A stretch of 64,000 nt of DNA, taken from a virus. The position numbers were made by a program, and so were the translations under genes. The stretch lies in IMG/VR virus record IMGVR_UViG_3300047319_001547, positions 1 through 64,000 of that record, one strand, 5' to 3'. The notes under the pieces are model-generated. The model did no database searches and had not been told where the DNA came from. It worked only from the letters and a program-made list of their open reading frames with translations. How positions within the stretch are numbered: position 1 is the first letter of the stretch; every line of letters starts with the position of its first letter. This document shows positions 56,244-64,000 of this stretch, one piece after another.

Positions 56244-58214
56244 GTGGCTGAGCACACGGAAGTAAAAACGAAGCTGACGCTCGACGACGCGGCCAGCACC
56301 GCCCTGCACCACATCCGCGAGGGATTCGCGGACGTCGGCGAGAAGGTCAAGGAGGTCGGGCACGAGCTGGTCTCGATGGCCAAGCAGGCGGCCGCGGTGG
56401 CGATCGGCTTTCAGCTGAGCGGAATGATCGACAGCTTCAAGGAGCTGGGCCACGAGCTCGTCGAGGGGGCGACCCACCTCGAGAATCAGAAGAAGGAGCT
56501 CGCCGGCGTCATCTCGCTCGCCGAGAAGGGTGACATGTCGATGGAGGAGCTCGGCGAGCGTGCCGGGCAGCTCAATGAGAGGTTCGAGATGCTCGGCATC
56601 ACGGCGGGCGTCTCGAAGGACTCGCTGGTCGACATGTTCGAGATGATGGCGAGCCGCTCGACGCGCGGCAGCGCGGCGGCTGCCGACATGGCGGAGCAGA
56701 TGGCGATCGCCGCGCGCGTGCTCCCGGGCGGCGCTGACGCGATGGCGGCGGCGTGGCGCGACCTCGAGTCGGGGATCGTCCGGCCCAAGAACGCGCTCGT
56801 GATGCTGATGCGTCAGACCGGCGTGGCGGCCGGCACCAGCAAGCAGATCGCCAAGGGGCTGAGCGCCCTCTTCACGGCCGGCAAGCAGGAGAAGGCGATG
56901 CAGATGGCAGAGCAGGCCATCAGCCGCATGGCGGAGAAGATGCGCCACGTTCCGCCGACGTTCGAGCAGGTTCTGACGAGCCTGAAGGGCTTCCGCGAGA
57001 TGTTCATCGAGACGATGGGAACGCCGATCCTCCGGCAGATCGTCCCGCAGTTCGAGCGCCTCAAGCAGTACCTGATCGGCCACCGCGAGGAGATCGAGAA
57101 GCTTGCCCACACGATGGGGGAGAAGGTCGGCGAGTGGGTGTCGCGCGCGGCCGAGATGATCCGCGACGCCTTCATGTACCTGCAGTCTCATTCGCAGGAG
57201 ATCTTCGAAGCGCTCGAGGGCGGAGCGAAAGCCATCAAGGACGCAGTGTCTTTCATGGTGACGCACCGGCAGCTTCTGCTGGGGCTGGCGGCGGCGAACT
57301 TCGTGGGCGGCGCGGTCGGGGGCGAGGGCGGGAAGGCCGCCAAGCTGGCGGGGTCGCTGCCGCAGATCGGCACCGCGCTCGGCGAAGGACTCAAGAAGGC
57401 GCTGAATCAGAAGACGTTCGGGGTCCAGATGGGACTCGGCGGGATGGCGCTCGGCGCGGGCGCCGGCATCGCGGCCGTGGCGGCCTGGCGGGGCGCGTTC
57501 GAGCAGGCGGCAGTGCTCGAGAAGGAGAGCGGCCTGACGACCCTCCAGACGATGAAGCACCTGCTTCACATCGGGGGCGGACTGTCGACCGCCAGCAACC
57601 GCATCATGAACTTCGGCTCTGTGCTGGGGAGGTTCGCCGAGGACTCCGCCAACATCGACGCGTCGGGCGACGACCTCGAGCAGCTGGCGGACAAGATCGG
57701 GCGCCTGGGGCGCGCGGCCGTCGCGGCGGGCGACATGACCCAGGAGGCGCTCGACAAGACGATGCGCGCCACCAACGAGCGGCTCGAGACCGAGACGAAG
57801 CTGCGGGGGGCTCTCGACCAGATGAGGGACTCGAACGTCGAGGCGGCCAGCGGGCCGCTCGGCAGCATCGATCCGATGCACCACTACATGGAGGCGTTCG
57901 CGGCCGCGAACGAGGGGCACGCCAAGGAGGCGGTCCTTCAGGCGCACCGCATGAGCGACGCGATGCGGATCGCCATCGCGGGCCCGATGGGGACGATCGA
58001 CGACGCCATCAAGAAGCTTCAGGCATACGCGACGGGCAAAACTGATGGGGAATTCAAGCCGCCGCAGATCAACTTCGGCCCGACGACGATGAACATCAAG
58101 CAGGATTTCAGAGACCAGGATCCCGACAGGATCGCGATCGTCTTCCGGAAGGACATCGCGAAGAACGCAGCGAGCCGCGTGAGCGCCCGCACCGCGACTC
58201 CGTTCGGCTACTGA
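56244..58214 (+). CDS. tape measure protein
   Basis: Ala/Gly/Met-rich helical, TKLTLDDAAS N-terminus, C-terminal INF...NIKQDF; follows chaperone. Confidence 0.85.
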   Translation: MAEHTEVKTKLTLDDAASTALHHIREGFADVGEKVKEVGHELVSMAKQAAAVAIGFQLSGMIDSFKELGHELVEGATHLENQKKELAGVISLAEKGDMSMEELGERAGQLNERFEMLGITAGVSKDSLVDMFEMMASRSTRGSAAAADMAEQMAIAARVLPGGADAMAAAWRDLESGIVRPKNALVMLMRQTGVAAGTSKQIAKGLSALFTAGKQEKAMQMAEQAISRMAEKMRHVPPTFEQVLTSLKGFREMFIETMGTPILRQIVPQFERLKQYLIGHREEIEKLAHTMGEKVGEWVSRAAEMIRDAFMYLQSHSQEIFEALEGGAKAIKDAVSFMVTHRQLLLGLAAANFVGGAVGGEGGKAAKLAGSLPQIGTALGEGLKKALNQKTFGVQMGLGGMALGAGAGIAAVAAWRGAFEQAAVLEKESGLTTLQTMKHLLHIGGGLSTASNRIMNFGSVLGRFAEDSANIDASGDDLEQLADKIGRLGRAAVAAGDMTQEALDKTMRATNERLETETKLRGALDQMRDSNVEAASGPLGSIDPMHHYMEAFAAANEGHAKEAVLQAHRMSDAMRIAIAGPMGTIDDAIKKLQAYATGKTDGEFKPPQINFGPTTMNIKQDFRDQDPDRIAIVFRKDIAKNAASRVSARTATPFGY

Positions 58215-58253
58215 GTGTTCGCGCCCGCCCGGCGGCGCTGCTAGACAGGCTGA

Positions 58254-58478
58254 ATGACGACCGTCGACAACACGCAGCTGGCAGCCCTCGTTTCCGACTT
58301 CGAATCCAAGGAGCAGGCGCTCTCAGACGCGTCCGACTCCGACGGCGCTGCCCAGAAGGCGCTCGCCGACGCGACCGCGGCCGCAGCTGCGACGCTGGCG
58401 GCCAAGAGCGCGGCTCACGACGCCCTGGTGGCGTCCGGCAACGCTCTCGTCAGCTTCGTCCACACCGTCGCGTCCTGA
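58254..58478 (+). CDS. small Ala-rich helical protein
   Basis: 74 aa coiled-coil-like. Confidence 0.5.
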   Translation: MTTVDNTQLAALVSDFESKEQALSDASDSDGAAQKALADATAAAAATLAAKSAAHDALVASGNALVSFVHTVAS

Positions 58479-58481
58479 CGC

Positions 58482-58497
58482 TGGAACTCGAGTTCCA
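58482..58497. repeat. 16-bp palindrome copy 16 (intergenic, 3 bp after stop)
   Basis: exact match, flanks C...G. Confidence 0.98.
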
Positions 58498-58557
58498 GGT
58501 CGTTTGCGGGGCTCGATCCCGCCTGTTACGACGGAAAGTGCGAAGGAGCTCCGGCAG

Positions 58558-58884
58558 ATGGCTTTTCCCAAGCTGAACAAGTTCGTCAAGGCGAAGAAGG
58601 GCGGAAAGCCGCCGCCCGCCAAGGCTCCTCCCTCCGGTTCCCCGTCGGGCTCGCCGTCGATGAGCGCCTCCAGCGCTTCCGCGGCTCCCCCCAGCGCGGC
58701 CCCGCCGTCTGCCTCACCCGCGTCCGGATCGGCGTCGACCATGAGCGCGTCTCCGGGGTCGTCCGGATCCGGATCGGCGTCGACCATGAGCGGATCGTCC
58801 GCGTCGACTGTCGGCGGGACGTCGAAGTCCAAGGCTCCGAACCCCCTCTCGGTTTGGGTGAACAAGAACAAGAAGGCGCGCTGA
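58558..58884 (+). CDS. Ser/Pro/Ala-rich disordered protein with Lys-rich ends
   Basis: AAGGAG RBS; SGSASTMS repeated. Confidence 0.55.
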   Translation: MAFPKLNKFVKAKKGGKPPPAKAPPSGSPSGSPSMSASSASAAPPSAAPPSASPASGSASTMSASPGSSGSGSASTMSGSSASTVGGTSKSKAPNPLSVWVNKNKKAR

Positions 58885-58912
58885 CGGGGCGTTCCCCCCG
58901 GGGGAGGCTCCG

Positions 58913-60166
58913 TTGAGTTACTCAAGCGCCATCGTCATCGAGGAGCTCGACTCCAATCAGAAGCCCCTGAGGGTTCTGGAGCTCCGCGGACCCGGGCTGC
59001 CCAAGCAGGGGGCCAACTGGGGCGGCGAGAGCGTCGTGCCGACGACGTGGCTGCCCGGCAACCCGGACGACGCCACCCAGCAGGTGCTGGTCTCGAAGGA
59101 GATCCCGACCCGCTGGGAGGGGATGTGGCATCTCACGATGCTGAACCGGACCCCCTGCAGGCTCCGGGATCCGTCCGGCCTGGCGGGCATCAGCCCGCAG
59201 GAGGCGCAGGACGTCACGTCGCCGAAGCTCTTGGTCGACACCATCGAGGACATGCGCCGCAAGGGGCGGCTGATTCGCGTCACCTGGGCGGTGAACTCGA
59301 GCGACCTGGACGCGCAGTCGATCTCGCGGCTCGGCCGCATGACGCGCGCCGACTTCAAGTACAAGCGCCACGTCGACATCGACTGGGAGATCGAGTGGAC
59401 CTGGAAGTCGCGCGGCACGACGCAGACGCGCGTGACGTCGACCCGCGACGACAACGTGCCGAGCGCCGCGACGGCAGTTCAAGCAGCCATCGCTGCCGCC
59501 GTCACGGCAGCAAATTCTAAGATTCTGAGCGTGAATAGTGAAATCCGGGCGAGCGCATCCCAATTCACCCTGGGTCAGCTCGAAGTATTTGCCGATGCGC
59601 CGCGCGCTTTCGTGCAAATACTTCTCGGGAATCTGTCGCGGTTCGTGAATCGGTTCGACGAGGTCGGTCGTCTGCTTATTCAGGTGAAGTCGATTCCTCT
59701 GCAGATCGCAAACGAAGCGGTCCAATTTGCACGCAACACCGTCGATGTCGGGAATCAATTCGTCGACGACATCTCGGGAGTACCGGCCGAGCAGACGACG
59801 CTATCCAACAACACGACCGATCTTCTTCGTTCGTTCTGTTATTTCGCGCACATCGACGACGCGACTCAAACGGTCAACCGACGTGCGGCCGAGATGCAGA
59901 TGCAGCTGCGTCAGACGCTGTCGACCAACCCCGGACGCGGCGCGCCGTCGATTCGAGAGACGTCCGCCACGCAGGCGCGTGACATCATCACGATCCGCGT
60001 CGTCAAGAAGGGTGACACCCCGCAGTCGCTCTCGATGCTGTTCTACGGCACGCCCGACCGCGACGTCGACATCCTGCGGGCCAACCGACTGCCGCTCTAT
60101 CAGCCGTCGTTCGACGCCGGGTCGCTAGTCGTCATCCCGGTCGTCTCGACCTCTAAGAAGATCTGA
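58913..60166 (+). CDS. tail tube initiator/baseplate protein with C-terminal LysM-like domain
   Basis: VVKKGDTPQSLSMLFYG......ILRAN.L......G..VVIP; follows tape measure. Confidence 0.7.
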   Translation: MSYSSAIVIEELDSNQKPLRVLELRGPGLPKQGANWGGESVVPTTWLPGNPDDATQQVLVSKEIPTRWEGMWHLTMLNRTPCRLRDPSGLAGISPQEAQDVTSPKLLVDTIEDMRRKGRLIRVTWAVNSSDLDAQSISRLGRMTRADFKYKRHVDIDWEIEWTWKSRGTTQTRVTSTRDDNVPSAATAVQAAIAAAVTAANSKILSVNSEIRASASQFTLGQLEVFADAPRAFVQILLGNLSRFVNRFDEVGRLLIQVKSIPLQIANEAVQFARNTVDVGNQFVDDISGVPAEQTTLSNNTTDLLRSFCYFAHIDDATQTVNRRAAEMQMQLRQTLSTNPGRGAPSIRETSATQARDIITIRVVKKGDTPQSLSMLFYGTPDRDVDILRANRLPLYQPSFDAGSLVVIPVVSTSKKI

Positions 60167-61875
60167 TGCCCCAGCCGGAGCAGACCTATTGGCCCAGCGC
60201 GCTAGTGCGCCTGATCGTGCGGTTCGACGAGTTCGGATCAACCGCCGTCCAGCAGCAGTCCCCGAAGAAGCCGTCGACGGTGCTGAGGGGCATCAAGGAC
60301 AGCCGTCAGCCGCTCGTCGCGCAGCTCGACCACACCAACCCGGGGGTGACGCGCATCCTGCTGGTGCCGGCGGGCGGGACGGCGCCGCCGGGCGGCCCCC
60401 AGGGGCAGACGGGGTCGAGCGATCTCCTGACCTGGACGGTTGCGGGCATCATCCCGAAGCGCGCCAGCTGGTCTCAGAACGGCATCCGGGTCGCCGACAC
60501 CCTCTCGGCGACGCTGAAGTTCATCGACTGCCCGATCGATCCGCGGACCATCCGGTCGTGCGCGATCGAGTACTACAGCGGGACCGTGACGGGCGACCAG
60601 TACGCGCGCGGGGTCGCGGGCGAGACCCGGACCCCGAAGGGTCAGACGGCCGCCAAGCAGTCGCTGAACGTCATCCCGGAGACGTGGGTGGACGACTCCG
60701 GCCGGCAGCGCACGAATCAGCGCTTTCAGGGATTCGTCGACAAGTGGACGGTCGACTGGGACGAGAACGAGGAGCCGATCATTCAGCTCGAGTGCCGCGA
60801 CAACACGCAGCTGCTGATCGACACCGAGGCGCCGTCTGCGCTGACGATCTCGCCCAAGAAGACGATCGACCATGCGATCGCCGACTACCTGGCGAACTTC
60901 CCGACATTCAGCGGTCTGGCGGTCGAGTATCGTCCGACCGGCGCGACTCCTCCGACGCTCGGCGGCGCGCTGGCCGGCACCGCATTTCAGCCTCACCTGG
61001 GGCCCGCGCCCGCGAAGGGGGGCGGAGCGTCGGCGGGCGAGAAGCTGTCGGTGTGGGACTACCTGACGGACGTCTGCGGAGCTCTCGGGCACAACATCCG
61101 GGTCGAGGGGACGACGATCGTCATCGAGCAGGTCTCGACGCTGCTCTCCAACAAGGCGGCGCGCCGCGCTGACGATCCCTTCCAGGGCCGGACGGTCGAC
61201 GGCGTGCCGTTCACCTATCGGCGCTTCATCTGGGGCCGCAACCTCAAGAAGCTGCAGATCTCGCGCAATTACTCGAAGCACGCGCCGACCTGCATCGAGG
61301 TGAGGAGCTACAGCACGCGTCGCAAAAAGACGCTGGTGGTGCGGTTTCCCGACCCTCAGACGCAGCGCGCGCTCCTTCAGGCGCACGCGCTCCCGGGCAA
61401 CGGCGGGACCGACCAGAAGTGGCTGGTCCTGAAGGTCCGGGGCATCGAAGACAAGGCGACCCTGACGGTGATCGCGCAGAACGCCTACCAGTCGATCGGC
61501 CGCAACGAGTTCGGCATCCAGCTCGAGACGCCGAACCTCGCGAGCTTCGGCGGCGACAGCTTGGATCCGGACGTGCTCGACATGCTGGTGGGCGACACGT
61601 TCGAGGTGCTGGTGGCGCGCGACCAGGAGACGGACGCGATGAGCGGCACCGAGGACGACCTGCTGGCGCGCGGCACCGAGCTGATGAGATCTCTGGGGTT
61701 CGACGAGGGGTTCTCGGCCGCCTACTCGAACGCCTACACGTCGGCCGGGTTCCTGACGACGTTCCGGGTGCGCCAGATGACGCAGGAGTGGGACGCCGAG
61801 GAGGGACTCAACATCGCGATCCACGGCGTGAATTATCTGGAAGTCCGGGTCGATCAACCGTTCGCGGGGTCCTGA
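60166..61875 (+). CDS. baseplate hub protein
   Basis: RFQGFVD.W...IQLECRDNTQLLID, SVWDYL; position before spike. Confidence 0.65.
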   Translation: MPQPEQTYWPSALVRLIVRFDEFGSTAVQQQSPKKPSTVLRGIKDSRQPLVAQLDHTNPGVTRILLVPAGGTAPPGGPQGQTGSSDLLTWTVAGIIPKRASWSQNGIRVADTLSATLKFIDCPIDPRTIRSCAIEYYSGTVTGDQYARGVAGETRTPKGQTAAKQSLNVIPETWVDDSGRQRTNQRFQGFVDKWTVDWDENEEPIIQLECRDNTQLLIDTEAPSALTISPKKTIDHAIADYLANFPTFSGLAVEYRPTGATPPTLGGALAGTAFQPHLGPAPAKGGGASAGEKLSVWDYLTDVCGALGHNIRVEGTTIVIEQVSTLLSNKAARRADDPFQGRTVDGVPFTYRRFIWGRNLKKLQISRNYSKHAPTCIEVRSYSTRRKKTLVVRFPDPQTQRALLQAHALPGNGGTDQKWLVLKVRGIEDKATLTVIAQNAYQSIGRNEFGIQLETPNLASFGGDSLDPDVLDMLVGDTFEVLVARDQETDAMSGTEDDLLARGTELMRSLGFDEGFSAAYSNAYTSAGFLTTFRVRQMTQEWDAEEGLNIAIHGVNYLEVRVDQPFAGS

Positions 61876-62825
61876 TGTTCAGCGCGTTCGATCACACGAC
61901 GGCAGGCTCCGCGTACGCGCGCCCCGGGATGGACACCCGCCAGTGGTGCAGCCACGGGACGGTCGCGCCCGAGACGGCCGACCAGAAGAGCGTGACCTTC
62001 ACCAAGGAGTACGGGCCGCTGGTGAACGTGACGCTTCATCCGAGCGGCACGCCGTGCGTCTGCCGGGTCGCCCACGAGGTCGCCGGAAATGGCGAGGGGG
62101 AGTGGTTTCCCTTCATAGCGGGCGACGAGGTGATCGTTCTGATTCCGGAGGGGGACGAGTCGGCGGGCTGCGTGATCGTCGGCCGCCTCAATCAGGAGAT
62201 CGACCAGTGGCCGCAGACGGTCGCCGGCCAGGACGCCACCAAGAACAACTTCGGGTTCCGGCGGCTGCGCGTCCCCTACATCATCGAGACCGCGTCCGGC
62301 TGGATGGTGCGGCACGCCACCACGGGGGCGTTCTTCGGCTTCTCGCCAGAAGGCGCGCTGACGTTCTCGAATTCTGACAAGGCGTTCTTCGCGATCCGGC
62401 CCGACTTCATCGGAATGCAGAACGGCGACGCCGACGTGCTGCTGCAGATCGACGTCTCGGCCAAGCAGATCGTCGCGGAGGCGGCCGGCACCAAGATGGT
62501 GCTGGACGCGCTGAAGTCGAGCATCTACACGCTCGGCACCATCGAGCTCGGCACCGCCGGCAATCAGGCGAGCGAACACGCCACCAGCATCGAGAGCGTC
62601 ATCCTGCTGATTCAGGCGCTGTTCGCCGCGATCGGTGTGGCGAGTCCGGGTCCGCTGACGGGAGCAGCGCTGGCGGCTCTCGTTCTGCCTCAGATGAACC
62701 TCGCGCTTCCCGCGTCCGCCATCCTCCCCATCGCGCCCTACACGGCGGCTCTCACGACCGCGCTGTCGATTCCCAAGGTGCCGGGCGTGACGCCGGGCGT
62801 CGCAGCACCGGGGTTGAAGATATGA
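61875..62825 (+). CDS. baseplate spike (gpV/gp5 OB-fold) protein
   Basis: CRVA...AGNG.GEWFP...GDEVIVLIPEGD...G.VIVGRL. Confidence 0.75.
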   Translation: MFSAFDHTTAGSAYARPGMDTRQWCSHGTVAPETADQKSVTFTKEYGPLVNVTLHPSGTPCVCRVAHEVAGNGEGEWFPFIAGDEVIVLIPEGDESAGCVIVGRLNQEIDQWPQTVAGQDATKNNFGFRRLRVPYIIETASGWMVRHATTGAFFGFSPEGALTFSNSDKAFFAIRPDFIGMQNGDADVLLQIDVSAKQIVAEAAGTKMVLDALKSSIYTLGTIELGTAGNQASEHATSIESVILLIQALFAAIGVASPGPLTGAALAALVLPQMNLALPASAILPIAPYTAALTTALSIPKVPGVTPGVAAPGLKI

Positions 62826-63256
62826 GCCTCCCGATCCCCGACGGACCGCCGCTGGCGGTGCAGCAGGCGCAGGCGGCAGCCGCGACGTTTCCGCAGGCTC
62901 CCGTCGATCCGACCGCGGTGCTGCTTCTGGCCGACCAGACGATCGATCTGAACGCCATACTCGATCAGGCGGGAGCGAGCGCGATTGCAGGCGGCGGGAC
63001 GTTCAACGTTGGCACCATCAGCACGCCGCATTTTCCCCCGTTCTGCGGCTTCAAGCTTCCGTTCCTGCTGTTCGGTTTCTCGTTCAATGTCCCCGAGTTT
63101 GATTTTCCGCCGAAGCTTCCGGTCTTCCGGCTGTCGATCGGCATCAACTGCCTGCTGTCGAACCCGGTCAACATCTCGGCCGGGGTGGCGTACGGGGGCG
63201 GGCGGGTATCGACGTCGGATCCGGATCCCGATCTCGCGCTCGACCAGGCATCCTGA
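62822..63256 (+). CDS. hypothetical baseplate-region protein
   Basis: ATGA overlap; Pro/Phe-rich. Confidence 0.5.
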   Translation: MSLPIPDGPPLAVQQAQAAAATFPQAPVDPTAVLLLADQTIDLNAILDQAGASAIAGGGTFNVGTISTPHFPPFCGFKLPFLLFGFSFNVPEFDFPPKLPVFRLSIGINCLLSNPVNISAGVAYGGGRVSTSDPDPDLALDQAS

Positions 63257-63268
63257 GAGACTTCCATC

Positions 63269-64000
63269 ATGCCGTGCGGATGGGGCGCAGGAGAATGGGG
63301 AGGGAGCGCCTGGGGTGGTATCTGTCTACCTACCGTGGCCGGCATGACGATCACGTCGGCGCTGGCGATCTCCGAGAACGTCATCCGGGTCACCTTCAGC
63401 GAGCAGCCGTTCTTCTCGACTCTCCTCGAGCCCGACGATGCGTCGTCGGGGCGCCACTACATCGTGACGCCGATCGCCGGCACGGTGGGGCTGGACGGCA
63501 ACCCGGTCAGGAGCGTCACGGCCCTGTACGCCACGCAGGATCCGAGCGACCCGACGGGGTCGACGCTGGACGTAGTGCTGGACCGGCCGATGACGCCCGC
63601 TCCCGCGCAGTACCAGATCGAGATCGTCGGCACGACGGACTTCACGACCCGCTCGCCGTCCGTGCCGGATCCGACCTTTCTGACCTTCACGAGCGTCTTC
63701 AAGCAGGTGGCGCGCCCGCAGCTCGACGCGGCCGCGCCATCGCGCGACATCGGCAACCCGCAGACCGCGGGCGCGCTGCTGGACCCGCTGCCGGTGACCT
63801 CCAATCCGCTGGCGCTCGGAACCTTCAACGCAGACGACACGGGCGATTACTCGTTCGACCAGGGGCTGGTCAGCTACAAGAAGCGGGTGCTGCGGCGCGG
63901 CATCACGACCCCGAACGGGTTCGCCCACCTGCCCGGCTACGGGGTGGGGATCCCCGGCTACGGGAAGAAGCTCGCCAGCCCGGCGACGCGCGAGAAGATC
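63269..64000 (+). CDS. Ig-like domain fused to gp25-like baseplate wedge domain, 3'-truncated (not in ORF track)
   Basis: MPCGWGAGEWGGSAWGG...AISENVIRVTFS...; last part GLVSYKKRVLRRGITTPNGFAHLPGYGVGI resembles gp25/GPW. Confidence 0.55.
   Translation, partial: MPCGWGAGEWGGSAWGGICLPTVAGMTITSALAISENVIRVTFSEQPFFSTLLEPDDASSGRHYIVTPIAGTVGLDGNPVRSVTALYATQDPSDPTGSTLDVVLDRPMTPAPAQYQIEIVGTTDFTTRSPSVPDPTFLTFTSVFKQVARPQLDAAAPSRDIGNPQTAGALLDPLPVTSNPLALGTFNADDTGDYSFDQGLVSYKKRVLRRGITTPNGFAHLPGYGVGIPGYGKKLASPATREKI

Noticed and set aside
447-58497. Palindrome copies as a CRISPR array
   Set aside because: Copies are kilobases apart rather than separated by 30-40-nt spacers, and no cas genes are visible
447-58497. 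Palindrome as XhoI linker or assembly junction artefact
   Set aside because: Host ORFs stay in frame, gene order is coherent across copies, flanks obey a Y...R rule and large essential genes are avoided; raw reads are still needed for full exclusion
447-58497. Palindrome as intrinsic terminator or IS end
   Set aside because: No U-tract after the copies, half are intragenic, no target duplications seen and no transposase in the window
38047-61857. Very long minus-strand ORFs (38047-40305, 41820-44363, 44027-46006, 48670-51585, 56205-57947, 60238-61857)
   Set aside because: Antisense shadows of GC3-biased structural genes; Arg/His-rich with no motifs
1-64000. tRNA, rRNA, integrase/att site, holin-spanin assignment
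   Set aside because: No convincing cloverleaf or recombinase motifs seen; several small membrane proteins and lipoproteins exist but none can be assigned to lysis from sequence alone, so lifestyle stays undetermined

Overview
The window is a 64-kb, very GC-rich, gene-dense slice of a tailed dsDNA phage or prophage with a contractile (myovirus-type) tail; no host housekeeping genes, rRNA, tRNA, CRISPR array or integrase are recognisable. Most genes are on the + strand. Left part: DNA methyltransferase end, many small ORFs, probable TerS and TerL, fibre/spike-like genes (10.9-18.1 kb), GH25 endolysin, ParB-N domain protein, two metzincin lipoproteins, HNH, a sigma-70 region-4 HTH protein and DUF932. 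Right part: papain-like protease, portal, gpF-like head protein, scaffold, major capsid, neck, sheath, tube, chaperone with a -1 frameshift site, tape measure and baseplate. The host is tentatively Myxococcota (inference). The most striking unexplained signal is a perfect 16-bp palindrome, TGGAACTCGAGTTCCA (always flanked Y...R), found by eye 16 times about every 2-8 kb: 8 copies inside small genes in all three reading frames and 8 intergenic, several over promoters. Also notable: a second palindrome built from two inverted -35 hexamers at three leaderless promoters, and a signal-peptide-bearing paralog of the central domain of the large fibre/spike protein. All product calls come from motif recognition by eye, not database searches.
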